In this document: in pieces, positions 42,036 through 62,499 of the stretch | Numbering within the stretch: the stretch's first letter is position 1 | Layout: each line of letters begins with the position of its first letter | DNA from: the human T2T-CHM13v2.0 reference genome, Homo sapiens | DNA: 64,000 bases | NCBI RefSeq assembly: GCF_009914755.1 | Contig: NC_060933.1 | Reading direction: 5' to 3' (one strand) | Translations under genes and position numbers: made by a program | Notes under the pieces: model-generated | What the model saw: only the letters and a program-made list of their open reading frames with translations | Database searches by the model: none | What the model was told of the DNA's origin: nothing

Positions 42036-42340
42036 CTTTTTTTTTTTTTTTTTTTTTGAGATGGTTTCACTGTCACTCAGGCTGGAGGACAGTGGCTCGA
42101 TCACGGCTCACTGCAGCCTTGCCTTCCCTGGGGTCCAGTGATCCTCCTACCTCAGCCTCCTGAGTAGCTGGCACTGCAGGCGAGTGCCACTAGGCCTGGC
42201 TAATTTTTATATTTTTTTTTGTAGAGATGGGGTTTCACCGTGTCACTCAGTCTGGTCTTGAACTCCTGGGCTCCAGCAATCTTTCTGCATCAGCCTCCCA
42301 AAGTGCTGGGATTATGGTTCTGGAGCCACCGCGCATGGCC
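42036..42340 (-). mobile_element. AluJ inserted at the end of an MST LTR
   Basis: Reverse Alu; flanks tgttagt(t/c)tgttctt duplicated. Confidence 0.85.
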
Positions 42341-42757
42341 TGTTAGTCTGTTCTTGCATTGCTATAAAGAAATACCTGAGGCTGAGTAATTTATAAAGAA
42401 AAGAGATTTAATTGGCTCATGGTTCTGCAGGCTTACAAGCTTGGGGCTGACATTTGCTCAGCTTCTGGGGAGTCCTCCGGGAGCTTTTACTCATGGTCAA
42501 AAGCTAAGAGGGAGCAGGAATATCACATTTCAAGAGCTGGAGCAAAAGAGAATGTGGGGAAGGTGCACACACTTTTAAACAGCCAAATCTTGCAAGAACT
42601 CAGTATCTTCAGGACAGCACCAAGGGGGATGTTGCTAAACCATTCATGAGAAATCCACCCCCATGATCAAGTCACCTCCCACCAGGCCTCACCTCCAACA
42701 TTGGGGATTACAGTGCAACACATGAAATTTAAAGGGGACAACATCCAAACTGTATCA
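42341..42757 (-). mobile_element. MST-type MaLR solo LTR
   Basis: ttgctataaagaaatacctgag..ggctcatggttctgcaggct..cacctcccaccaggcc..caaactgtatca. Confidence 0.85.
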
Positions 42758-43329
42758 ACCTTGCTGTACCCCTCAGCCTCATTTTATAGGCAACAATTGA
42801 ATATATTGGTTTTATAAAGGTTTGATATGGAAAGATTCATTAGGAGTGGATTTTAGGACTTGGGGAATGACTCAGAGAAGAAAATAGTGCATGATAGTAT
42901 AAGTCTATCTGATTGATGAGTAACTGGAAATCCTTCCAAAACATAATGCTTCAGTGTCTGCAGAATTGTTTCATTTCCATGTTTATGTATTTCTTATTGT
43001 TTCCTTGTTTATCCATAGGTGCTTAATTTTTTTTTAATCTGAATGCATTATGATAATCTTTAAATAATTATTTCAGAGGAATATCTGAAATATTCAGTGT
43101 TCTTCTAGCATGGCAGTATTTTAAAAATCATTATGAGCTTAAATTCATACTGATTTAAACAACTTCTAGATTTTTTTGAATATCAATAGCAGAGGGTAGT
43201 TTTAAATATTTCACGAGCAGAATTAATTAAATTTCCTGTGCAATTTTATTTTTTATAGACAAACTCGTCACTTCTTAAAATCTTTTAAAAATGTCTTGGT
43301 AATACAGGCTTGGAATATGATGGTATTGA

Positions 43330-43662
<333 letters not shown>

Positions 43663-43945
43663 AAAAACTCCAACTTTTAGAGGCCTATTTACAGCACTTG
43701 TCCCATATTTGTTCACACTTTTTCTGTATGTGTGTTGTGAATTATAGATCTGGCTTTTCCTACAAATGTGGCTTTTCCTGTGTAGTCATCATTAAGCATG
43801 ATTCTAAGAAGTAGCTCAAAATCTCCTAAGACCAAAAACCACAAAAAACAAAAAAAAAACAACAAAAAACCAAAACCAGAAAAGGGATACATTTTGCAGA
43901 ATAATTTATATTTTCTTCTCTTCATGGCATCAGTTTTCTCAGGAG

Positions 43946-44231
43946 TTCTTTTTTTGAGATGCAGTCTCCCTCTGTCACCCAGGCTGTAGTGCAGTGGTGC
44001 GATCTGCAAGCTCCGCCTCCCGGGTTCACGCCATTCTCCTGCCTCAGCCTCCGGAGTAGCTGGGACTACAGGTGCCCGCCACCACGCCCGGCTATTTTTT
44101 TTTTTGTATTTTCAGTAGAGACGGGGTTTCACCGTGTTAGCCAGGATGGTCTCGATCTCCTGACCTTGTGATCCACCTGCCTCGGCCTCCCAAAGTGCTG
44201 GGATTACAGGCGTGAGCCACCGCACCCGGGC
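43946..44231 (-). mobile_element. AluY
   Basis: Reverse Alu with Y motifs; TSD ctcaggag. Confidence 0.88.
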
Positions 44232-44606
44232 TCAGGAGGTCTTTTAAGCTTTTGCCTGTCATGTGTGTACTTCTGACGCTGGCCCAAGGTAAAATGATTA
44301 CATTTGACTTCGGTAGCCCTTAAATGTATGGCTGTTCTTAATCTTTTCTAAAGCCTAAAAGTTGAATTAGTATTCATCTTAGATTTCTTGTTTCTTAAGT
44401 GAAAGAATCGTGACATTGTATTAAAATATCTTATTTGCATGTATTTTATATACTGTTTTAATAGGCAGTAGTAGTATACAAGCTTTGACCAAATGTCTCT
44501 TCATATAAAAAATTCAAGTGAATAAAAACAGTCATTTAAAAATGACATTAGTCAAAGGGGCAAAAAAGATTACAAATGCTTATTGTGATTGACAGAACTT
44601 GCTTAA

Positions 44607-44790
44607 CATATTAGGGTTCTCTAGAAGGACAGAACTAATAGGATATATATATGAGTTTATTAAATATTAACTTAAATGATCACAAGGTCCCACAATAGGC
44701 TGTCTGCAAGCTTGAGGAGCAAGGAGAGCCAGTTCAAGTCTCAAAACTGAAGAACTTGGAGTCTGATGTTCAAGGGCAGGAAGCGTCTTG
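44607..44790 (-). mobile_element. MLT2A (ERVL LTR) fragment fused to an Alu 5' fragment (~44795-44853)
   Basis: ttagggttctctaga..gacagaactaatagga..cacaaggtcccacaataggc..tctgcaagc. Confidence 0.8.
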
Positions 44791-46109
44791 GCTAATCCAC
44801 CCATCTTGGCCTCCCAAAGTGCTAGGATTACAGGCGTGAGCCCCCGTGCCTGGTGTACATCATTTTTAATATCTTTATAGTATTCTGTTGGCTAAGTTGC
44901 CACAATTTATCAGACCCCTTTAATGTCATTAATTTTTTCCCAATATTTAGACTTGTTTCATAGAATTATTAGATATGCATGCTACTACTCCTGTCCTTTT
45001 TCAAAGGACAATTATTAGATATTCTTGTTTTCCTCATATCTTTGCCAACACTGGGTATTGGCATTCTTCTTGTTTACCAGTCAGCTAAGGAAGCTAAGGA
45101 AGAAACAATATCTCATTTTTATGTACTTTTCTCTGATTCTTAATTATGTTGACCATGTTTTCATTTCTTTTGTGAAATGCCTATTTATGTTCATTTTCAT
45201 ATTAAATTGTAAGAGTTACTTGTATAAATATATTAAACCTTTGTAGTATATATTTTTTCTGTTTTTTTTTAAAGTTTTGATTATAGTGTTTATAATATGC
45301 AGTCAAATTTACCCATCTTTTATTTCCTCTATCATTTTTCACTTAGATGTGGGGTTTAGAAAGGAGGTACATAATGTGACAGAGTTTTTGGTATAGAAAT
45401 AACTGACATAGTTAGATATAAAACATACCAAGGAAATAGTCGGAAATGTCCAATTTCGAATGTGTAAGGAGACCAGTAAGAAAATCATGAAGAACAGCTA
45501 ACAGCAGTAATTTTTAAAAGGGTATTTACAAACACTTGAAAATGTTTATGTAGTTTAAAGGAATGATTCAAATATAAAGAGAAGCGTAACATAAAAATGA
45601 AATAAAGGCATATATATAGTCATTGTGTAGATGGTTTTCTAGTAACAGTTATACCAAGTTTGAAATGATTTTTAGGCTTTGTTATGCCAACTTTTAGGAG
45701 TTTTCTTTTTAAACTTTTTGAGCTTATGTTTCATCATGGCCAATTTTTATAAATTTTCCCTATATGCTCAAAACATTTTTTTAGTGGAAGGTTTTAATAC
45801 GTCTGTAATTTCTCCGGTGTCTTAAAAATAATTAGTTTGTGGAGCTCTTTGTGTATTGGAGATACCATCTTCTTGTTTGATATATTTGTATATGTATTAA
45901 GTAAGAACTGGATAAAGGAGGTGGTTGGGATATGTATAAATATCAGGTAAGAACTTGATAACGTATTGGTTGGTTTGCATATGAAAAGTTGCCCTCACTG
46001 TCAGGTTCTTTCCTGTTTCTAGGAATTGGCTAGCCCTGGAAGGACTGCCCCTTCCAGGGTCAGCAAATTCCCAAGATAGCAAAGCATCAAAAATACAGAA
46101 TAAAAAGAC

Positions 46110-50900
<4,791 letters not shown>

Positions 50901-50905
50901 GTATA

Positions 50906-51914
<1,009 letters not shown>

Positions 51915-52701
51915 ATTATATATAGAATTATTCAAATTTTATATTTCTTCTTGTGCTAGTTTAGGTAAATTGTTTTAAAAGGAACTTCATTTGTTTTTAA
52001 ATTGGAGAATATTCCTGTTGTCTTTTACATGTTTCAATATTGTAAGCTCTGGTAATAATGTCTACTTTTTAATTCCCGATATTGATAATTTATGTTTTAT
52101 CTTCTTTTTTTCTTGATCAGTCTTTCTAGTGTTTTATCAATTTTAATGCTTTTAAAAAGCCAACGTTTTACTTTGCTTTTCTTTATTTTATTTTTATTTT
52201 TCTCTGATTTCTGCTCTTAAGTATTTTCATTTTTATGGTTTTTGGCTTAATTTGTTGCAACTTCTTGAAATGAAAATTTATTTAATAACATTGTTCAGCC
52301 TTTCTTCTCGTCTTGTGTATGAATTTAAGATTATGAATATCTTAGTATACACTTTTACTGCGTTTTACTCATTTTCATTATTGATTCAAAGTATTTTTAA
52401 AGTTATTCTTTGTACCATGGGTTCTATGAAAATATATTGATTAATTTACAAATATATGCGGGTTTCTAGTTATTTTTCTGTATATGCTGTGGTACTTTTG
52501 TCAGTGGTTATATTTTCCATAAGAGATTTTTAATTTAGGTGCCATTGGCAAATTTCCATTAATTCAAATGCAGAACTTCACATTTTTCAATGCATACGTG
52601 AGTTTTTTTTGTTGAGGTATTAAGAATAGCATAAATTTATAAAATATTAAGTAATCATTGAATGCAAAATATGTCCTATTTTGCAACTTAATATACTTTT
52701 A

Positions 52702-52780
52702 TTAGGTTGACGCTAAAGTAATTGCGTTTTTTACTCATACTTTAATGGCAAAAACCACAATTACTTTTGCACCAGTCTAA
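52702..52780. mobile_element. MADE1 (Hsmar1-derived MITE)
   Basis: ~80-bp palindrome ttaggttga..aaagtaattgcgtttttt / aaaaaccacaattacttttgcacca..ctaa with TA flanks. Confidence 0.88.
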
Positions 52781-52789
52781 TAATGAGAA

Positions 52790-53114
<325 letters not shown>

Positions 53115-54861
53115 CTAATAATGAGAATTCTTATCAAACTGTTTACACAGAATAAAATGAGTGGGTAATGGTGAAGCTGAGTTTCACATTTTTATGCGAT
53201 ATTCTTCAGTGTTGCTATTTGTTCAGTACTTTTAAGAATTATATAAATTTTTTATAGTCTATACATAAAGTCAATATTATGGGTCCCAAATATATAAAAT
53301 GTTTGCTTGTTCCATTGTTTATGTTTTGAATACAAATTATATTTTGTATGATTTCATTAATAATTTGTTGAGAATTTTATGGCCTAACATGTGGTCTACT
53401 TTCTAAAATATTCCAGCTTCATTTGAAAAGGATATGCATTCTTCAGTTGTTAGGTGTTTGCTTTTGATTGCTTGTATTTCTCAGTCAAATGTAGGAAGTG
53501 GAGATTAAGAAAAGGGCTGGCACTTTTGGTGATTGAGGAGGAGAAAGTATGAGATAGTTGTCTTGGATAGTGGAAGAGTAAATGTTCTAAAGAAATATAA
53601 AATGATAGTTGAGCAGCACTAAGGGCCCATTTGAGTATGAATCTAAAGAGGGACCAATCTGAATGCATGTGTTTTCATCAGTGATTTTTATATGTGTGGG
53701 TAAAAGCTCTGAGTAGACAGAGATAAACTGAACTCTTTTAGAGTTTCTTTGTTATCTTTGGTGTTTGGATCCTTTGCTTTGATTTGTATCGGTACAGTTT
53801 TTAAAAAATTAAATGTTATCTCCTCTCAGCAGATCTTTTTAACATGAACCCAGCATCTTTAACACCAATAAAATTTCTTCTATTATTTTTCTTCCCTGTG
53901 TTTTCATTCGTCCTCCATCTAGAGCTTCTCTTTAGAATTGTACTCCCTGGATTGATCCTCTTATTTCTTACTTTTATGCTCATAATATTTTTTTCTTTCT
54001 GTCTGTCTCTTTCTCTTTCTGAGTCTAGGACCTGGGAGTTTGTCTTGACTGTCTTCCAAATTATGAGTTTGATCCTTTGAGTCGTATTATTCAACTCTTT
54101 CACTGAATTGTCATCTATCTCTTTTTCTTTAATGTATAGAGAATTTATTATGCACAGCCACTTGCAAACTTTAACAAGTATGATTAGAGCAGCATTTTCT
54201 ATAACAGCAACACATAAGTTGGAACAACACAAATCTTAAAATAACTGGAATGGATGAGCAAATTGGGTGGTCCGAGGCTCAGACATCAGCAGGTGTTAAA
54301 CACCTGTGGGAAAGGAGAGAACGATCCATTTATTTATTTCTATAGGAAATGCAAAAGAGGCAAAATTAAGAAAAATACTGCTTCATGATAAAGAATAAAG
54401 CCGTGAAGAATATCCACAAAATTGTGTATAGTGGCTACATCTGATACAGAATGGAAACAGCCAGGATAGAGCAGCACAGGAACACTATGAAATGCCCAGG
54501 CTGTCTTCATTACTAGTCAGGATTTTTTTTTTTAATTTTGTAAACTTTATTTATTCTCTGCTCCTTTTTCATAATCTAGTGATGCTTTATGTTTTCAAAA
54601 TATTCTTAAATCTCTCTGAGAATACCAAGAAAGATTTTAAACCAAGTTATCTTCCCTGCATTATCTGTTTCTTCTGGGGTCAGTTGTTTTCTGGTCCATT
54701 TTGGTCTTACTCTTTTATTCCTACAACCCCTGCCCCATCCCCATCCTAACTGTAATAATCCTTGATAATCATTGCATATTTATGCTTTTTATGTGTGTGC
54801 AGACAACTGTTTTTATGCTTATAGATGCCTTCCTCTGTGTATTTTTTTTCTTCAGTTAAAA

Positions 54862-55157
54862 TTTTTTTTTTTTGCAGTCACAGTCTTGCTCTGTTGCCCA
54901 GGCTGGAGTGAAGTGGTGCCAACCTAGCTCACTGCAGGCTCAAACTCATAAGCTTAAGCCGTCCTCCCATTTCAGCCTCCCAAGTAGCTAGTACTACAGG
55001 TGCACACTACATGCTGGCTAATTTTTAGATTTCTTTTTTGTAGAGACAGGGTCTCGCAATGTTGCCGGGGCTAGTCTTGAGCTCCAGGCTCAAACGATCC
55101 TCTCGCCTTGGACTTCCAAATTGCTGGGATTGGAGGCATGAGCCATCGCACCTAGCC
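54862..55157 (-). mobile_element. AluJ
   Basis: Diverged reverse Alu. Confidence 0.82.
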
Positions 55158-55415
55158 TATGTATGTTTTAAATAGAATCTATTTCCTCTACTCTGTCATT
55201 CTAGTCCTATCTACTTTTGATCTTCCTGGAATTACTGTAAATTTCTGATTTGCTGATAGCACCTTTTCTTATTTGTCAGAGCCGCCATGAATTCGTTTAT
55301 ATAAACTTTTAATTTTACTCCTTTTAGCTACTGTTGTTACCTGTTTTACTTTTATATCTATTTTAAGCCCTACCATACACCGTTATTATTCATGCTTTAA
55401 ACAATTGTCAGTTGT

Positions 55416-55703
55416 CTTTTTTTTTTTTAGACGGAGTCTCGCTCTGTCGCCCAGGCTGGAGTGCAGTAACATGACCTCCGTTGCAACCTCTGCCTTCGGG
55501 GTTCAAGCAATTCTCCTGCCTCAGCCTCCCGTGTAGCTGGGATTACAGGCGTGTACCACTATGCCCGGCTAATTTTTATATTTTTAGTACAGACAGGGTT
55601 TCACCATGTTGGCCAGGTTGGTCTCGAACTCCTGACCTCAGGTGATTCACCCGCCTCGGCCTCCCAAATGCTGGGATTACAGGCGTGGGCCACCACGCCT
55701 GGC
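55416..55703 (-). mobile_element. AluS
   Basis: Reverse Alu; TSD tgtcagttg. Confidence 0.87.
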
Positions 55704-56321
55704 TGTCAGTTGCCTTTTAATACATTTAATAAATGGAAGAAGAATAATATTATAATTAATCACATATTTACTATTTTTGAGCTCTTCATTCCTTTCTGTA
55801 AACCTGAGTTTACATGTAATATTTCCTTTAATCCAAATGATTTTCTTTATCAGTTCTTGAGTGTGAGTTTGTTGGTGATGTACTCTCTCAGCATCCATTT
55901 ATCTGAAAACATATTTGTTTTGCCTTGAATTTTGAAAATTCTTATTTTTTATAATACAACAGATCCAGTCGTATGAGAATTATTTTTCAGGATTGTAGAA
56001 TTCTGGGTTGACAGCTTTCCCCCTCTCCCTACCAGTACTTTGTCTTCTGGCCTCCATTACTTCTGAAGCGATGTCAGTTCTATTTCTTGTCTTGGTTCTC
56101 CTGTATGTATGTGACTGCTTTTAAGATTATCTTTTTGTCTTTGGTTTTTAGCAGTTTGGCTATAATGTGACTTAAGTATGGATTTGTATAGATTGGATTC
56201 AGATGAACTTTTTGGATCGGTGGTTTGATTTTTTTAAACAAACTTGGAAAACATTTAGCCAGTATTTTTTCAAGTATTTCCTCTGTTCCACTTATATGTA
56301 TCAGACTTTGTTACTCTTGTT

Positions 56322-56575
56322 GTTCAGTGGTGTGATCACGGCTTTCTGCAGCCTCAAACTCCTGAGCGCAAGTAATCCTCCTACCTCAGCCTCCCAAGTA
56401 GCTGGGACTACGGGCACAGAGCACCATGCCCAGCAAATTAAAAAAAAATTTTTTTGTAGAGATGGGGTCTTGCTATGTTGCCAGGGCTAGTCTTGAACTC
56501 CTGGACTCAAGCAATCCTCCTGCCTTGGCCTCCCAAAATGTTGGGATTAAAGGCATGAGCCATGACTCCTGGCCT
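56322..56575 (-). mobile_element. AluJ (tail end missing)
   Basis: Reverse Alu body. Confidence 0.8.
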
Positions 56576-59244
56576 AGATTTCTTGATATTGTAGAGTTTA
56601 CATATGGCTTCTTTATCTTCATGCATTATATTAATTTTTTACTGTAAATTCTATTACATATGTATCATAGTAAACAAAGTCTTTAAAATAAATTCTAATA
56701 TTTGGGTCTGCTTTGGGTCCATTTCTATTATATATATTCTTCTTTTCATGTTTAATAAGTTTCAGCTGACTATTGTACATTGTGGGTGATACAGTGTAGA
56801 AACTCCGGATGATGTGGATTTCAATCTTTCTCTGAAGTAATGAGTTTTGTTCTAGCAGGCAGTTAAATTTACTAGCAGATCAACTTGATCCTGCGGAGGC
56901 TTGGTTTTAGGCTTTGTTGGGACAGGTCTATTTCAGTTTTGCCATTACTTCTGGTAAGTGGCTCTTATTCTTCAAGTGTGGCTTTTCTGGCGTTTCAGTG
57001 GAAAGCCTGAGATATTTACCAGTTCCCTCTAACACTAAATCCTGACTCTCCAGGACCAGATAGCTGTTGAAATCTCTTCCCAGTTCTTTCAGATTTCTAG
57101 CTATTGCCTGTCCCTGGGCTTCGATTTTCATCCTATGGATGGGAATTCAGGAGTCAGGCCCCACTGACTCCCATTTTCCTGAGATTTCTGCCCTCAATTT
57201 TTGGCTTTTCTAGCAGCTCCAAACTTCATTCTCTGATACTTTCACCCAGTAAGACTGCAGCTTTTTACAAGAGCTCTGTCCCCTCCTCTGGCCCCTGCCT
57301 GTACACAACAGACTGTGTATGTAGTTGTCTCAGGATGGAAGAAGAGTAAGTATGGGCCTCATTCAGTGTATTCCCCTTCTTTCAAGGGTCATATCCCCCC
57401 GATTTGTATCTGCTTTTGTTTCTTTGACAATGCCTTCAAATGGTGTTTTTATAAATATATATTTTTAAAAAGTTTATAATTGTCGTCATCAGGAACATTA
57501 GTGTAGTATAAACTACTCTCTCATTATCAAAAATCTGTATGTTAAAAATTACTTAAAATTGTTGTTATTTATCATTTCCTTGGTGTTTGGGGCAGAAGGG
57601 AATGCACATGATTTTTCTGAACTTCTCATTAAGGGAGGCAACCCAGCCTTGGTCTGGAGATCCCGAAATTATACCGTATGTATAATAAAATAATTATTTT
57701 GTTATTTTTATGAGCATAGCATTAATAAATTAAATATTTAGTAAGATTTGTATCTCAGGATTTTTCTACCTGCTAAGAATAGATCGTTTGACAAGGCAGA
57801 TGAGGTTCTTTGTTGAATTATAAGGTATTGAAGCCTATAATTTAGTAGTGGAAAGAGCACATAGCAAGAGTTGTATGATGAGGTTGGAGAGGTAAGCAGC
57901 AAACAGATAATGGAATTTTAGTCTAAACATTCGTAAAATATGAGGGTGGCTCCTGTGGGAGATTAGGTTATTGGGAGGCAAAGTAGACTTAGGGAAAATA
58001 GTTAGGAGGACATTGCAATAGTTCAGGAGAGAAATAATAGCTGTTTAGTGTATGATGGTAGTTGTGGAAAAAAAAGCCAATGGATGGATTTGAAATATAG
58101 TTTGGAAGTAAAACTATCAGTACATATTGATGGACTGGATATAGGGGTGAAAAAAGAGAAGAATAAAGGTTGACCAAATTCTTTATTATCTCAAAGTATG
58201 AAAGCTTGTTAAGACCTCTTTTCTGTTTGTATTTTCTTTCTTGCTCAATAAGAAAACAACCCAAAGCACTTTTTTTCTAATAACTTATATCTTCTTCTTT
58301 TGTGATAAAAAAAAATAGGAGTGGTCTTTAGAGTACAATACAAAATTCTTTTACATTTCACCTCACCATATTTAGGTTTACCAAAGTAGTATAAGAATAA
58401 TTGTAGGAAAAACATAGTATATCTACTTGGACTATAAAATTTTGGTATACTAAAGAAAGTAAATCAAAATGGTTATATCTTGCAATAGAATGCAAAATCA
58501 CATGGATATTAAAGGTAAACATTTAAATGTATTTTATATTCTTGGCTTCTTCTTCAGACCACTCCATTGCCTTTTGGGACATTTCTGTGGAAAAGTTGAG
58601 AAGCACTGACCTATCTGAACCTTCCAATCCAGCCAAACTTGTCTCTACTTTGTTCCAGGAACATGCTGTGTACATTCCTCTTTCCATGTTTTGCATGCTT
58701 TTCTCCCTGCCAATAATGCCCTGTTTTTCATTACTTGTCAAAATTCTATTTTCCTTTTAAGGTCCAGCCTATGTTTTAATTGTTGTGTGAAACTTCTAAA
58801 ACCTTTCTTTGTTTTAAATAATTATGATCATTTTCTTCTTGTCATTTTGTAGCACTTAATTTTTAAAATTTATTTTGTACTTAGATGATGTGTAATTTAC
58901 TATAAATCATAGATTTTTAAGAATTGGGAGGAACAGCGGAAATTTAATTAAGTAATTTTATTATACAAGTGAGGAAGCTGAGATTCATTTGTCATGTAAG
59001 TAGTTTGCAATAAGAAAGGATGAAACTTATTTTTAGGTCTCTTGGCTCCCAGGTTAGTAATTTTTCTAATCTACTGCATTACTTCTTCATGTATATTTAT
59101 TGATCTGAAAAGTTGTGTCTCTTAGAATTATGTAGTATATGAGTAAAGTTTGAAAATATGAACTTTTAAAATGTGATATTTGAGGTACTGGTTTTTGAGT
59201 GTATGTGTACAGTTGATTAAAATTTATTATAACTTTTATTTACT

Positions 59245-59388
59245 CTTTCTTTTTTTTTTTTTTTTTTTGGTAGAGACAGGTTCTCACTATGTTGCCCAGG
59301 CTGGACTTGAACTCCTGAGCTAAAGTGATCCTCTCACCTTGGCTTCCCAGAGTGCAGGGATTACAGGTGTGAGCCACTGTACCCAGCC
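59245..59388 (-). mobile_element. FLAM / Alu left monomer
   Basis: Single monomer with poly-T. Confidence 0.82.
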
Positions 59389-60379
59389 TCTTATTTACTC
59401 TTTATTCAACAGATTTATTAATCAACACATGTTGACCAGACTTAATTACAGCTTTTATATACTCTTCATTTATTCAACAACTTTCATGTGTCAGAGAGTA
59501 TCCTAGGCACTGAGTGCAGTAGTAAATAATACATTAAGGTTCTTACCTTCAAGAAACTTTCATTCTAGTGGTACAAGACAATGAGCAAAATCATAATCTA
59601 ATCTATGGTGGGAAAATATCAGAACAGCTGTGGCCACTTGAGTGGTTGGAGCAGGGACTGATGGAGAAGGAGCATGGAAGAACTTTCTGGGATGCTGATA
59701 ATTTCTTAGGGCTTTGGGTTACATAGGTATATGCAGTGTCCAAACTTATTGACTGGTACACTTAAGATTTGTGCATTTGATTGTATTTAGGAGGGAAAAT
59801 CCTGTAAAACTAGAATAGATGTAACTTATATGAGAGTTATAAATGACAATATGTTAAACACCCATGAAACTACCACCCACCCCAGGAACTAGAATGTTGC
59901 CAGCAATTTGCACCTACATATGTGTTTCTCCCTAGCTATTCTCCTGTCTATCTTGCAGAAGTAACCATTGTGTATTGTATTTTGGGATTAACATTTCCTT
60001 GATTTTTTATTTTTTTTTTGCGGGGGCGGGGGGAGATTTGTTTAACACATGTATATGCCTAAACAATGTACTATTCAGTTTTGCTTGTTTTTGAAATTTA
60101 GAAAAACGGTATTTTACAGCTTACAGTTTTCTATAATTTACTGCTTTTGCAACATTGTATTTTTAAGATTTATCCATGTTGCATAAAGCTATAGTTCATT
60201 TATTTTAACAACTGAGGAACAGATTCTATAGTATAAATGCACAAAAGTATTTACCTATTTTCCTGATAGTTTGGGTTGTTTGCAGTTTTTGCCATTGGAA
60301 GCTGAGGCGCAATGAATATTCTTGTAATGTGTCTCTTGGTGTAAATATGCATGAAGTTTGTAACTAGACGTAGAATTGT

Positions 60380-60800
60380 AGCAGTTCTCAGAACGTGGTC
60401 TCTAGAGGATGCCTGGGTATCCTAAAAACCTATTCAAGGGTTTAATGAAATTAAAATGATTTTCATAATAATGCCAAGATGTTAAATGTCTTTTTCATTG
60501 AGTTGACATATGCACAAATGGTACAGAAGTAATAGTGAGTTAAACGGCTGGCACCTTAGCACAAATCAAAGCAGTAATGCTGGTTGTAGTTGTGATCATT
60601 GTATTCTTTTTCTTTTTCTTTTCTTTTTTTTTTTTTGAGACAAGGTCTCACTTTGTTACTCAGGTTGGAGTGCAGTGGCATGAGCACAATCACTGCTCAC
60701 TGCGGCCTCGGTCTCCTGGGCTCAAGTGATCCTATTGTTTTCTTTCTCGTCATGTACTTCCAGGAAAAGAAAAAAGCCAATTCGAGTCACTTATTCTTTT
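60380..60800. mobile_element. Charlie1-type hAT fragment with an Alu fragment (~60605-60735, -)
   Basis: agcagttctcagaacgtggtc..ttttcataataat..aaga..gctggcaccttagca motifs. Confidence 0.65.
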
Positions 60801-62499
60801 GATTCTTTTTCGTAGAAAAGCATCAATGCATTTTCTAAATGATTGAATTCATTTAAATTCGGGAAACATTTACTGAGTGCCTATGGAATTCTGGGATATG
60901 AGTGTATGTTTAAGGCAGTGTGATTTCCAGTTACCATCCTTTCTGTTCTAAACACGATTGTGTCATATTAAAATATAAAAAGAGAAAAAAATATCCTGAA
61001 TAAAAATAGATCAAGCTGTACATATATATAGATTATAAGTGCAAAATACTGAGTGTGGTTAAAGCCTATGCTATGCTTGCTGGGTTTCCTGTACAGAAGT
61101 AGGCATTGGAGACAGTTTTGCTCTTGTGGTACAACATGGATGACTAGAGGCAGGTCCAGGATGTTACTTTTACTGCCAGCCGTCGCTTCCCTCCAAATAG
61201 ACTATTGGAAGGGGAACCTCCCGCCAAATGCTGCCTACTGCTATAGTGTTGGATAAGTTGCAAGCTTAGGAAGATGAGATGACATGATTTAGGAACTTCA
61301 GGATGAAGTGAAGTATCTCCTGCCTTGTGACTGACTGGATCTGCATCGTATCAGATACCTCCTCAAGGCAGGAATTTTAACCTGCTGTTATAAGACCTGG
61401 TTCTATATATGGATAGCCCAGGTAGGCTAAGTTGTGGCAGCCACAGATTGTTAGATGAGGAGGGACACCACAGACTGTGTATGTGTGTGTGTTGAGGGCA
61501 AGGTGAGGTGAGGAATGGTGCAATGAGCCTGCAAACCATATTGCAAAATATATGAAGAAATGTAGTGCTAAGAAAAATAGTCAACAAAATTAAAAATTGA
61601 AAAATGAATTTTTTCCTGATAAAATTTAAAAATGTAAGTAAACCTCTAATTGAAGTGTAACACACAAACAGGAAAGTATGCTACTCATAAATGCACAGCT
61701 TAACAAATTTTCATAAAGTGAACACACCTTTGTTAACCACTACTTAGATCAAGAAATAGAGTATCACCTGAATTACTGGCAGGAGGCACCCCAGAGGTCT
61801 CCCTGTACCTCCTGCCAGTTATTCTCCATGCCCTCCCACTATCCCAACCCTGCCAAGCTAACCATTATCCTAACTTTTTTTCACCATGAGAAAGAAATGG
61901 AGGGATATGGAAGTGAGCTTGAGAGGCCTCCATGGTCAGTGAACAGTTCTGCTAAAATAATTTAGAGGGAATAACAAAGAAGTAGCATTTGACGGCATAG
62001 TAGCTGAGAATTTCCTAGAATAGAAAAAAGACATGAATCTTTAGATTAAAAGTATGTAGTCATTTTTGATCAAGATAAAGAAGAATCTACATCAAAACCT
62101 TTCCAAAAATATTGCAGAACATTGCTGCTAATGCAAACAAGTTTTAAACTACTTGAGGGAAAGCCATGACATGTAGGAGTGATAGCAGACTTCATATTTA
62201 TGTTAATAGATACCACAAAACAATGCAGTAATATCTTTAAAGTTCTGGGGAAAGAAAATTATAAATAGGATTTTGAGAGTGAGGGCAACATATTTTTTTC
62301 AAAGACTACAACTTAAAAACCCACAGAGCCCCACTGAAAGGTCTACTAAAAGATACATTTCAGCAGGAAAAAGTGAGTCCTGAAGGAAGACCCAAAACAA
62401 TGATGAGCACAAAACAATCCAAAGTCAGTGGTGAGCACAAACTGATAAAATTCTAGCAAATTTACTCATTAATGCTAAGAACTTCGTTTAAATTAACTT

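Noticed and set aside
60990-61520. Non-repeat-looking intronic stretch as a processed pseudogene or exon
   Set aside because: No recognisable protein similarity, poly-A/TSD or convincing splice pair
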